Shown here in pieces: positions 12,901 to 25,977 of a DNA stretch of 64,000 bases. This DNA comes from Blepharisma stoltei ATCC 30299 (lineage: Eukaryota; Protista; Ciliophora), in assembly GCA_965603825.1 (NCBI GenBank), contig CBFDEM010000061.1, positions 186,001-250,000 of the forward strand, written 5' to 3'. Every line of letters starts with the position of its first letter. Position 1 is the stretch's first letter. A model generated the notes under the pieces. That model did not search any database, was not told the origin of the DNA, and worked only from the letters and a program-made list of their open reading frames with translations. Made by a program: the position numbers and the translations under genes.

Positions 12901-14859
12901 ATTAGGAATACATAGCGTGCAGCTGTTTGGTAAAAAAGATGAGCACTGGGCGCATAAAAAATCGTCACAAATGTAGCAAGATGTACCTCTAATACAGCCC
13001 TTTGTGCAAGATCCTGAGGCTAAGCATGGTTGGCAATTGCTTCCATCATAATAATAAGAATACTCACATGGCCATAAGGTTGATACCACTCCACCTGTAA
13101 AGCCATAAAGATTATAGGGTGTAGAAAAGTCTGTAATGGTTTCTCCTCATAGTTGAAAATAGCTTATAAAGCCATTAAATTGTGGAGAACCTTTGCCTAT
13201 ATACAACTGTCCATCATCTGGAAGCCTAAATACGTAATTTGCAACTGTAACTGCTGTCCCAGGTATCGTATTTATATATGGAGTTATTGTCGTAGATTTA
13301 TTAGCAAACCCAACTGAACAAGAAATATAGCTTCATGTTTTTAAAGTTATAGGATTCGATACAGTGTAGCTTGCTGTTGTACTGTCTCAAGTTTCTAAGC
13401 CAAAATAAATAGTTCCTACAGCACTAAAAATAAGTGTATTTGTGCTATCACTAATTATAACCCCAGAAATAACATAAGCCCAAATTCCTATGCTCCAAGT
13501 ATTGGATAAATTTATAGACCCACTCAAAAACTTATTCGAATCAAAGTAAAGGCCTCTGTTTTTAGCTGGTAATGGATCAGTCGTTTCTGCGTTATTCCAA
13601 TAATTATAGCTCATAGAGCTACTACCAGTAATCAATTCTGAAGCATATACCCCAGCAAATGGGGTATTAAAATCAGCTGTTAAAACTGGAAAACAATAGT
13701 GCCTTCCACATTCCCATGCTCCATACGGAGTCCCATATAAGCAAACTCCTGCATTAGGTAATCCAAAAATGCATAATGTGCTTGTCCAAGTTTGGGTGCA
13801 TTCTATTGCTAGATGGTCACAGCATAATGGAGGGATTCCTGTAGTGCATGCAGAGCAAGATGCAAAAGAATACCCAGTACAAGAGCTACATTCTGGCGAA
13901 AAGCAAGTTGAACAGTCGCTCCCTCTAATGCATCAAGGCCAGTTTGGGCATGAATCATCACATTCATTGCAATTAGTTCCATCCCAGTACTGCTTATCAG
14001 CACAATCAACTGTTGGAGCTGACATTGGACTATTTACTTCATTATCGACTCTTGCTTGAAGCCAATAAATGAATCCTTTAAACGAATCATTTGGACTTGA
14101 ATATCCAAGATTTCAATTATAAATCCCACTAGGAAAACTCATCTCAGAATCAGCCCATGATGTGCTATAATCTGTACCTCCATCAACATCAATGCTGAAT
14201 GAGGCTGTATTGCAATTCTCCTGGCTAAAATAAATTGACACATAATGCCAGGATGAAGAATATGAATTGGCACTTATCTCTGAAACAGGATATTGTGATC
14301 CGTCTGAGCTATTAATCAAAGCATCAAATTGATATTTCCCAAGGACTGAAGATATTCTTATATAAGAAATTGGGTCAATTAGGACGTTTAAAATTTCTCC
14401 ACTATCAAGAGCTTTTATTCATAAATTTAATATAAAATAAAGACCTGGGATAAAGTTTGTGTTGCTGGACATCCCAGACGTAGGGGCAAAATAAAAGCCA
14501 CGATCTAAGGTAGGTAATGGGGAATTTTGTGATTGATCATTAAATGGGATTCCTCCTGGGTTTAAAAATGGTGTGCCGCTGGGATCCTGTATTCTGTCAA
14601 ACGTAAAATCTTGAAAACCAGAAAATTCTAAAGTGAATAAAATTGTATTTAAAGGATCAGGCCCAGCGCAATATTTATAGCAGTTAGGACAAGTATTTTC
14701 ATCTGGAAAGCGAGTTGGGCACTCCTCGGTGCATAAAAGGGAGTCAGTCATATATTTTGGCTTATTACAGCTAAATCTTCCACCAACAGTTAAACTATCA
14801 TTTGGGCAAGCTGAAAGAACTAAAATAGCATGAGCGATTGCAATACAGATCCCTAGCAT
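5851..14859 (-). CDS. Paralogue 2: about 3002-aa protein with signal peptide, 7 LamG-like/furin-like Cys-rich modules (A,B,C1,D,E,F,G) and a multi-pass TRP/FLC-like membrane domain
   Basis: All 13 track fragments from 14419 to 5851 lie in one frame. The junction stops I checked (6892, 7648, 8203, 11092) are TGA at Trp positions such as PSSL-W-SIMNTLQ and FTISI-W-IN. ATG at 14859, TAA at 5851-5853, length 9009 nt. Seven DPxPxxxRG[YLF]YF-type motifs fall near 14500, 13555, 12545, 11505, 10480, 9425 and 8305. Confidence 0.9.
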
Positions 14860-15063
14860 TTTTATTATAATCTCATTCCATAACTTAAAAATAAATAAAA
14901 ACGATAATTTTTAAGAATGAACTTTTTCAGCAATAAAACTGCAAATAGTGATTATTTTTAGAAATTAGGAAAGTCTATAGACTTTTAGAGAGGACTGGAG
15001 AAGAAAATAGATAAACTAATAACTCTTGACGAAATATGGTATTTTAACATATTTTTAGGATAA
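9411..15063. repeat. Recent duplication unit: 9411-15063 is highly similar to 1-5650, including about 200 bp of 5' non-coding DNA
   Basis: Sequences are near-identical line by line at offset 9410-9414. Similarity continues past the ATGs (caaatagtgattattttt(t)agaaattaggaaagtctatag...gaagaaaatagataaactaata) and ends near 'tttttaggata' (about 5648 and 15062). Confidence 0.9.
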
Positions 15064-15686
15064 ATAGATCTGATGACAACTATTTTGCAAGGCAATAAAA
15101 ATTCATTCAATTTTGCAATTAGCTTCATTGCTTTCTATTCGGCTCTTAACAAAATATGTGGATTAAGAGATTTTAAGTAGTGATGCTAATTATATATTTT
15201 CGTAAGTGGGTCATTAATATTGCATATTAGATATTTATTAGATCTTGCTATTAATCTATTTCAAATATTAATTATAGGGCTTAGTTTCAGTTGATATTTT
15301 TACTTGGCACTGAGTAAAAATTCCAGACCTCTTATAGGTAATGGTGAGTAGATTTGGAGTTGTGTAAAATCATCTTAGACTTCAAATTTTCTACTATAGA
15401 GCATTATCTCAATCTGATTCTAGTAATTTCTATTTTAATGTTTTTCTTTTCTTTGCGTTGAGCTTGATCTCTAAATAAGATCAATTTCATCTTCTCACAA
15501 GAGGGCAAGCATCGCTGCTCTTTGAATTATTACTGAGAAATCATTTATTAAGTTCTTGAATTATTAAATTATGAAAAAACATTCATATTAGAATTAAATG
15601 CTGATATAGAGAATAATTAAAATAATTTCTTAAAAATTCCTATTAGCCTTAATAAATGCTAAATTAAATAAATAAGCTGTCATAGG

Positions 15687-18600
15687 CTATCTTTCTATTT
15701 TTGTAAGTTGACTATTTCTTGCTTGAATGGTATTTCTCATAATGCCTGCTCTAGTCAGCTTACGATGAATCACTTCAAATAAAGTTCTAGCAAAAATAAA
15801 TACAGAAGAAAATGTTTGAATTGCCATAACTGTAAGGACAATTCCCACAATCGCACTCTCTACTCCTGATACAATTTCTTGCTCGAGATCAAATAAATAG
15901 ACTGACGTAGAGATCATTACTAAACAAATCATTATTTCAGTAACTAAATTTGTTATTTGCAAAATTGGATCTTCATAAGGCCTAAAAAATCCTAAGTGCA
16001 TAATTGTGATTAATGAAAGAACAATATTAATAGTAACTTCTGTTTGTGGGTATTCTCTTAAAAACACCAAATTTATTATATAGATAAGCCTTCTTGCAAA
16101 AAATACAAAATAATATTGCATTGCAAGAAATCCTTTATCATTTCTAAATTCATAAAAAAAAGTATCAAATAAAGAAGTAAAGCCCTTTTCTCTTGACTGA
16201 ATACGATTTCTATTTTTATAGGAAAACCAGAAATACGCAGGAGGAGTGGCAAATAGAATTATATAAACAGCTAAACAAATAGTTAGATTGGTAATTTGTG
16301 TCACATTTCCAAACTCAGCAGTAATAAATCCGACACTAGCAGCAGCTCCCAGTTCAAGATAGCATTGAATTCAAAATCGCAAGTAAAATGCAAATTGATA
16401 GCCTTTGAGAGTTTTTGTAAATTTTTTGCCAAGCCATCTATATGAGCATCGTGATAAAAAGAAAACCCCAGGAAAAACTGCTAAAGAAGCTAAAATTAGT
16501 GTAAAATCATTGCCCTGGTTTATCAAGATAAGATCAGAGTCAAATCCAAATTCTTTTGCTTGAGAGTATGGAGTATTTCCTTCATTTTTGTCAATAATAT
16601 AGGTAAATGCATTTGGGAATAAATTGAAAGAATTTAAATTATTCAAAAATGAGCTCATTTTGCTAGATAAGGGTATTCCTGATAAAGTTAAATAACTAAG
16701 AATTTGTAAGGTGTTCATCATACTTCACAAAGAGCTCGGATTTGGATTTACAATTGATAAAGCAACAGCTCCAGAAATAGCAGCCTGAGAACCAGCTGAT
16801 GCTTGTGATGTAACTGACTCAATTGTTGCAGAGTATGGAGCTGGATCATACGAATTTAAAGGCACAGAAATTTCTGACGAGTTTAATACTCCATTAGAAA
16901 CAGATCTCATTTCTTCCAAATTTATAAACTCGATTGTAGCCAAGGTACCTTTTGAAATTGCCTTCTCAATTTTCAAAGAAATATAATAGCACGTTCCATT
17001 TATCTGCTCAATTTTACATGAAACTTCTCCTTGCTGTTCAATCGTTACCGTAAAATTTGATGCAGAAAGAGCATTCACAAGGTTATCAGAAAACGTAAGA
17101 TACAAAGAATTATCTGATAATGCTGAAAGTTTAGCTGAAAAATAAACAGATGTGCAATTTGTGGACCCATTAAAGCCTAAATTACAATAGCAGAGATCAT
17201 TTTTAAGACCAGCATTTGCGACACAAGATGTACACTTAATCGAAGATTCACATATGCTGCATAATTTTGGACAAGAATAAAAGATCCCATCCATACCTCT
17301 AAATCCACCTGGCTTAAGAACAATACAAGTACTATTATTCGAAGTGTCAAGAACATATTTTACGTCACAGATGCAGGAATCAGGATTTATAGCATTTTCT
17401 TTACAAGCTACGCAGCCAAAAGAAGAATAATCTATACAGTTTTTGCATAGTAAATTATTACATAGAGAGCAACTAGATCGTCAATCCCTGCAGCTTTTTG
17501 TGCATTTTATATTGCAGCGATAGCAGACGTTATAGCCTGGTCCACTCCAATATTCATTTATTTTGCAGTTAGGAATACATATTTGATTTGTTGGGCAAAC
17601 ACTACAATTTTCAGTGCAAAAAACTGTTGATAGACTATTTACAGGCTTCAAAATATTGTATATCTGTATGGTATAAATGAAGCCTTGATAATAATTATAA
17701 ACTGTCTGAGAACTAAGCTGGGCTCCTATAGACATTGCAGTATGAGGTACTTTATCTTGAAAAATTCCAGACCCAGCTATCTCCGATGAATCGAATAATC
17801 CATTTATATAGCAAGAGAGCGCGTTATCCCCGCTTTGGGTGGTCTCAAATGTAAATTCTATATGGCTTCATTCATAATTATTAACAGATTTTTGACACAT
17901 AAAAAATAAAGGAGATGAGTTTATTGTCAGAGAGATTGATGGCTTACTGCTTATTAGTGAGATTGAGAATAATGATGAATAATTATCAGAAATATCATGC
18001 TTTGATAATAAAGCTCCATACAAGCTTTCAGTATTTAACCATAGAGAAATTGTGAAAGTAGATGTAAGGACAAGCCTTGGAGATGTATAATTTGAATACT
18101 CTGGCAGTCTCAAAACTGAAGTTTGGCCGTTAAAATAAAACCCTCTTAAATAGGCAGGAATCGGATCATTAACTTCATAGTCTGGATAAAATTGCTTAGA
18201 TGAGCCAGTTATAACTGGAATAGAGTTTGCTTTATCATAAATGACTCGATTGAGAGTATTAAGATCCAAATCAAATATCTTTTCATTAACTAGTACACAA
18301 TTACTACCAGAAGGAGAAGTACAATTAGAGCAGCCATTATAGCATGCTACACATGAAAATCCATCTGAAGAAGTCATATAATTAGTATTGCAAGCACAAG
18401 GAGCTCCGCTTGCATTGGAAACGCATTGAATGCATTTCCCTGAGCCAAATCCTGTACAAACAGAGCATAATAAATCATAACAAATATTGCATGTTCCTGC
18501 TCTGACACATCCTTTACTGCATGAATTGCAAGCTGAATAAGAACTCCCACTCCAGTAATTAGATAAATCGCAAGATCATAAGCAAGAATGGCCTAACCCT

Positions 18601-21600
18601 GTGCCGCATATAATGTTATTAACATAGCTTGAAAAATCACTAATTGGGACATTCCATAGCTGAAAAGTATTAATAAACCCGATAAAGCCAGAAGCACTAC
18701 TTTTCCCGAGAATTAATTTAGTGCCAGGGACATCTCTTATTATATAATTAGTGATAGCTGAGGTGGCAACTAAAGCTCCATTAATATAAATAACTATATT
18801 TGTAGTATCTAAATTATAACTGAAAGTATATGACAAATAAATTCAGCTGTTTAGAGAGCTGCTCGAGGATAAAGATTGAAGAGTTAAGGTCTGTGAAGGA
18901 TTTTCCATATTAGCTGTTATGGTTCCTGTTGAGGATAGAACAGTTATTTGGGTCTGCTTTTCTAGCCAATCTCCGTGGGTTATTATATAAATCCAAGATC
19001 CTATTGAAAAGCTATGAGAAAGCAAGACGCTAGTTGATGATAATAAATACATGGTTCCATCAAAAAATAAGCCGCGCTTATATGTAGGTATGGGGTCATA
19101 TGATTCAGGGGTATTGAAAAACTGAAAAGATGTGGAGGTAGTTCCTGTTGTAAAAATTCCATATGAGCCTTGAAAATCTGTATTGAAAGATTGATCAATC
19201 ACTGCAGTTGATACTGACGAACAAGAAGCATCAAATCCATATGGGCATCCCTTTAAACAAACATGCCCAACTAATTGATAGCTTCCTGAGCAAGCTGAGC
19301 ACTCAAAATAAGTTGTTTTTATGCATGTTGAACAAAGATCATCGCAAAATTCGCAAGTTTGAGATGAAGAGATCCAAAAAGCATTTGCAGCACAAGTGCA
19401 ACCACCAGACCCGTCACTAACTGCATTAGTTATACAGGTCAAGCATGAATTTCCTCCTGTAAACTCTCTACATGTCGCACATTCTTTTGTCTTACATAGC
19501 CTACAAGTATCAGAATTTCTGCATCCCTTATCACATGTCGCTATACAATTAGTGCAAGCAGAACCACTATTGTATTGAGATATTGAGCAACTATCTAGAC
19601 AAGTAGAATCGCTTGGACACTTTGTGCAGCTATTTAAGCATCCAGTTGTTTTGAAGTCGTTTAAAGCATTATTATTTTGACTGTAAATTTTAACATTCCA
19701 TAAAAAGCCAGTGAATCCTGAGCTATAATGCCCTATATAGAGATCTCCTGATTGACTGTCTAGAAGGTAAAGAGGAGTGGATGTGGTAAAGGTAGCTGGA
19801 GAAGTTCCATCAATATAAGATGCTATTGTTGTTTTCCCATCAGAATTAATTGTGCAGTCAAAAGAAATGTAAAATCATCCCCCAGCAAGTATATTAGAAG
19901 CACCCGTGACTGATATGGTTGTTGATGAATCTGATAAGAGAAGAGAGATTTGTGGATAGCCTGATGATATTTTTACTTGTACAATAGTTGTAGTAGAAAT
20001 ATATTTGGATATCACAAAACCAGCTGCTAGAGGTCTTATCCATAATGAAATAGAAAAGGAAGGGGAAAACATAAAACTTATCTTTAAATAGCTGTTGTAA
20101 TTGTAATAGTATCCTCTTAAATAAGATGGATAAGGGTCATTGGTATCATAATTTGGATATGAATTAGTGTTTGATAAGCCTACATTTACTCCAGAAATGG
20201 TATCTAAAAGAATTATATTTGAAAACATAAGTGAATATGCAGTCGACGAAAGATCGCAGCTATGAGTTGCTGAGTTTTGATTATACCCTCATGGACACTC
20301 AGTTAGGCATTGTATATTAAGAAAGTAGTATCCTGCTTGGCAGCTTGTGCACTGATAATATCCGCTTCCATTGCAAATACTGCATCCTATTGGGCACGAG
20401 ATGCATGAAAACCCATCAGTAGAAGCCACAAATCCAGGGTTGCAGGCACAATTCGTCGGATTTTTTGATGCATTAGTCACACAGGTTGTGCATTTTCCAG
20501 TCTCAAATCCTGTACAAACGGAGCATAACGAATCATCACAAATATTACAAGAAATAGCTCTTCTACATCCTTTAGAGCAAGAATTACAAGCTACACAAGA
20601 ACTTCCACTTTTATAAGTTGTCATATCACATGACCATAAGCATGCAGCCTTATTTCCAGACCCACAAAATGTAAATCCATTAATAATTGTGGTAAAATCT
20701 GTAACTGCTGCATTCCAAAGCTGAAAATAAAAAATAAACCCAACAAAGCCTGAACTGCTACTTTTTCCCAGCTGCAAATTTGTAGATGCATCATCTCGAT
20801 ATATTTTTTCAGCAATTGTGGTAGACCCGGCTGAGACTCCATTGATATAAAGAGAAAGCACAGATGCATTTGAGGTATAATAGATTGTAATTGATAAGTA
20901 AGTTCAATATGTAAATGAAGAAGTAGGAGATAAGGTCACAGTAGATGATGTTTGGGCTCTGTCGTCCATTATAGCAGTTATTGCACCTGTTGATGACAAT
21001 TTAAGTCTGGTTTGTTTTTGTAAAAAGTCTCCATTGGTGATTTCATATATCCAAACTCCTATAGTAAAACTGTGCGAGATGTAAATAGACTGAGATGATA
21101 ATAAGTACTTGTTGCCATCAAAATAAAGGCCTCTTAAATAAGTCGGGATTGGGTCAACCGTTTCAGGGGATGCAAAGTGTTGGTACTTCGAAGAGTCTGC
21201 TCCTGTAGTAAAAGTCCCATATCCTCCTTGAAAATCTGTATAAAAGCATAGGTCAATTACAACAGTTGAGACTGGAGAACAGGAAGACCCATAGCCAAAT
21301 GGGCAATCATTAAGACATAGCACTCCTACTAGCTGTTTGCCTGAAACACAAGAATTACATTCAAAATAAGTCGTTTGCTTGCAAACAGCACAAAGTGAAT
21401 CGCATAGTTCGCAGCTTTCTAAATTAGCTGACCAAAATGCATTATTTTTGCATTTGCATCCATTTGATCCGTCTGATTCTGCATTTGTTATGCAGCTTGT
21501 GCAAGACCCTGAGAATGAAGTACAACTATTACATTCCTTAGTTTTGCAAAGTCTACAAGTGTCGGTAGATCTGCAGCCTTTGGTGCAAGATGCTTTACAA

Positions 21601-24089
21601 TTTACACAGGATGAGCCATTATTGTATTGTGATAATGAGCAAGAATCTGGACAATTGTAGTCACTAGGGCATATTGAGCAAGGTGAGGTGCAGCTAGATG
21701 TTGAAGAATCATTGTTTTGCAGATTGTTTGTATTATAAGTCGTGCCAGTAAAATAGTATCCTCTAAGATAGGCTGGATATGGGTCATTCGAATCATATGT
21801 TGGGTAAGTGTTCGTATTGGTAGACCCTACTGATACTCCTGAAATTGAATCAAGTACTATTTTGTCATAAAAAATGATACTTAACCCAGTGAAGGAATTG
21901 AAAACACAAGTTTTTGAGGATGAGTTTTCAGTATATCCAGTCGCACAATTTGAAACACAAAAGTTGCTATTATATAAAAAATAGTTGGAGCTGCAAGCAG
22001 TGCATAAATAATAAGATGGTCCTGTACAATGAGCGCATCCTGTATAGCACGCTGAGCATAGAGCTTGATTTGTAGGCTGATAGTAGCCAGAATTGCATTG
22101 GCATGGAGATCCAGATGCATTAGAAATGCATGAAGTGCAGGCGCCTGACCAAAAAGAGGAGCATTTAGAGCATAAAAAGTCGTCACAGATATAACAAGAG
22201 GTTCCTCTAGTACAGCCAATTGTGCAAGACCCTAAGCATGACTGGCATGCAGATCCATCATAATAATGATAATAATCGCATGGTCATAAAACTGATACAG
22301 AGCCTCCTGTCAATGTATTGATACTGTAAAACCCAGAAAAATCACTGATTGTGGTTTGCCATAGCATAAAATTTGCGATAAATCCATTAAAGTTTGTTGA
22401 ACCTTTGCCAATATATAATGTCCCTCCCGAAGGTAACCTAAACACATAATTAGTTGTAGTGGTTGATGTCCCAGCAACTTTATTAAAGTAAGGAGTAGCT
22501 GTAGTGATTTTATTCGCAAACCTAACAGAGTATGAAATATAGTTTCATACGTTTAAAGTGATAGATTGTGAAGCGGAATTAGTTGCAGATGCTCCATCCC
22601 ATTTTTCTAAAGAAAAACTAATTCCACTGGAATCAATAGTGAGTTTGCCTGAGCTATGGCTAATAATAGTTCCACTAATAGCATAAACTCACAAGCCTAT
22701 ACTTCAGGTGTTAGATAGATTTACAGATCCAGATAAAAATTGATTTGAGTTGAAAAATAGTCCTCTGCTTTTGACAGGAAATGGATCTGAGTTTTCTGGA
22801 GAATTCCAAAAATTGTAACTTGAAGAGCTTGTAGCTGTAATCAGTGCTGTGCTGTAGCTTCCAGAAAATGAACCTGTAAAATCAGCTGTTATAACAGCTG
22901 TAGAAACAGCTGCACAATTTCCAAACCCATATGGGCAAGCATGCAAGCAAATTCCTCCAATCAGAACTTTTCCACTATTGCATGCTGTATTGGATCAAGT
23001 TTGCGTGCAAGTTGTAGCAAGATAATCGCAGCATCCAGGAACTATACCTGTGGTGCATGACGTGCACATTGAAACAGAATATCCATAGCAGCTAATACAG
23101 TCTAGTGTATAGCAAATGCTGCAACTACCTCCTCTAATGCACCAAGGCCAAGTTGGACAGCTCGAATCACAATTTTGGCAAGCAGACCCATCTCAATATT
23201 GGTTATCAACACAATTAATCTGGCTTGCCATAGCCGAAAAGCTTGAAGTCATAGTATCAGCTCTTGCCTGGAGTCAATAAATAAACCCTCTAAATGAGTT
23301 TGTTGGACTAATATTCCCAAGAGTCCATGTATAGGCTACTCCACCCACAAATCTTGCTTCAGAGCTGCTTATTGTAGATGACCCAGCCCCAATTTCATTT
23401 ATATAAAATGATATCGTAGTTTCAGTGCATGAAATTTGTTCAAGAACTATAGAAACTTTATGCCATGATGACGTATAGCTTATTGTGCTTGCTCCTGATA
23501 TTGGATTAGCATTATTGCTTGAATCATAAATTGTCCCACTAAATTTATATACACCTGAGGAATCAGCCCATATCCTTATATATTTAGTTGAACTAAAAAT
23601 GGTATTTAAAATTTCTCCACTTGCAAGAGGCTTTATTCATAAATTTAAAGTAAAATAGAGGGCGGGGGTATAGTGTTGATCGCTTGTCATACTTGATGTT
23701 GAAGCAAAATAAAAGCCACGATCGACTGTTGGTAACGGAGAATTATGAGTGGCAGAGTTGTATGAGATGGAACCTGGATTGAGAAATTTTTCATTAGAGT
23801 TAGCAGAATTTGTGATGTAGGTAGCTGTCAAGTCTTGCATTTCTGTAAATTTCAATTCAAATATAATTGCATCACTCCCATTGGGTGCACCACATGAATT
23901 AGCAACTCACGTATTTGAATCGAAATTTGAAGGGCATGAATTTACACAAACTTTATCGTCAGCCAGATAATATGAATTTGTGCATTTGCAAAATACATTC
24001 ATAAAAGTTGAACTGCCTGATGGGCAGCAGCTTTCCCCACCAAATGAATAGGTCAACAAGATCCTGGTGAAGTAAATTAAAATATTCAT
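15687..24089 (-). CDS. Paralogue 3: about 2800-aa receptor with module order A,B,C1(LamG deleted),D,C2,D',G and the TM domain
   Basis: All fragments from 23907 to 15687 are in one frame. I translated 22704-21323 by hand and found only TGA interruptions. ATG at 24089 (MNILIYFTRILLTYSF), TAG at 15687-15689, length 8403 nt. Confidence 0.88.
17550..19950. repeat. Near-identical block shared by paralogues 3 and 4 (copy at about 27840-30235)
   Basis: Offset is about 10288. The ORFs 17868..18377 and 28156..28665 differ at only 2 of 169 aa. Confidence 0.85.
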
Positions 24090-25432
24090 TTTCTATTATA
24101 AGAAAATAGAAAAATTCTCCAACCTAAATTTTCTGAATTATTTCAACTGTTTTAGAAAATTTTCGAATTTTATGAGGTTTTTAACAATTATTAACTTTAT
24201 AAAATCCCTTAAAAATTTGTGAAAATTAGAATCTTTTTTAATCAGAAATCAAGTATATTTAATTTTCTAAGAAACAATTTTAATAGATCTTCTTGTTGAT
24301 ATTTTTGAAATATTTAAGTGATGGAAGAAATAGATATAATTAAGCTTACAGCAAATCTTATGAAATAAATTATTTATTTACTTTTCTGTATTCATAACGG
24401 CCAAAGCTGAGATTTAAAAAAACTCTCTTCTGATGAAGGATTAGACTCATTCCTTTTTCTGTCCTTAGAATAATTTTTTCTTACGCATTCAATATAGATC
24501 AAAGGCACCACAAACTATAAAATTATATCCAAATCTTTTCAATTTTACTTTCGCCCAGAATCCTATAATTTTTATCCCTAATTATTATTTTATTATCCAT
24601 GTTTAAGCAATAATAATGTACTTCTTGAATTCACCAATTATATCAATTTGATATAAGCATTCTATAATTATAAGTCCAAAATTGAACTATAGAAATAATG
24701 AGTTTCTTCAACATATAATGATAGAGTTTTTCTTCCTTCAGGAATAAAATCTCCAAGTTCTATATCTTCTTTTTTTGATATGCTTTAAGGGCGAGTCACC
24801 AGCAGCGCTAAATAAAAATACAATCTAATTAGGATTTCGCTTTAGTTCTGGTTTTGAATAACATCTCTTCAGCTTTCTTAATTTCATTGACCTTTGACAT
24901 AACTTCTGAATTAGGTTGTCTTGACTAATTATATCCCATTAAGAGTAATTTTTAGAGAAATTTGAGTTAAATTATTTACCTGATTGTCTTCTTCTTTATA
25001 ACTTAAGTTTTAGTACTAAAATGACTCTTAGAAATTCATGAGCCGAGAATTTAACACATTTTAGCATATAAAGTTTATTCTTAACATATAGTAAAAGTAT
25101 AAAAGCATTCCAATTATAGAATTTTAAGATTGCTCTTGCACTATGAAAGGTCTTATATTAATTTTATCTCTTATTAGCTTTGTAATCAATTTAGCCTCGT
25201 CTATTATTTATATAATATGAATTTATACAATTTATGCTCTCTCTGGTTGCACTTAGAATAGGCATTTTAAGATTTTTAAGAATTATTATTAAAAGTTAAA
25301 ACTCTAAATAACTCATAATTCTCTAAAGATTTTTAAGTAAAAGTTAATTTAAGCTAAATTTGATTCAAATCATATTTTTATTTTACTAAGAAACCTAAAA
25401 AGATGAAGCGCCTTAGGTCAATAGCATGTAAT

Positions 25433-25455
25433 TTATTATTATTATTATTATTATT
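25433..25455. repeat. (TTA)n microsatellite
   Basis: ttattattattattattattatt in the spacer between paralogues 3 and 4. Confidence 0.7.
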
Positions 25456-25977
25456 TTATTTAAACTCTGATTTTAGATTGAAATAGCTAATTATTTCTCT
25501 AGTTCGCATAACAATTTTCTTATTTAGAATCTCTAGAGAATAATTGAGTTAATTCAGCAAAATTTATAGCTAAATATGACTAGAAGATTTAGAAAAAGAG
25601 TATAAAATGAGTTGATTCTGCTCGGGGAGTTGCATTGCTAATAAAAACATCAAAATGCATCAATTTATTAATACTTCATTCTGGGCATAGAGAAAAAAAC
25701 CGATAGCTAATGAAAAAATTCGAAAATGTAAATTGATTCATAAAATTCATGGTTAGTTAATTTAATGCACGAATAATAGATAGATAAAATATCATAAATT
25801 TTAAAATAAATAGCATGAATTTTCTATTAAAACGCAATAATTACAATCTTCAATATATAAAATAATTAAAATCATAAAAATCATAAAAATGTTTAGGATA
25901 ATATTTTAATAAATCTAGTACTAAATTTATCCAATTTGTTCTTATAAATGCTTATTTAAATAAATACTTGTCATAGT

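Noticed and set aside
1-15063. Paralogues 1 and 2 as an assembly artefact (two alleles placed in tandem)
   Set aside because: Not fully excluded, but local divergence is high (about a third of residues in one patch) and the array contains a graded series of paralogues. Spanning long reads would settle it.
15300-15540. Possible gene remnants in the spacers at about 15300-15540 and 53550-53900
   Set aside because: They are slightly less AT-rich, but give only short stop-interrupted frames with no recognisable motif.
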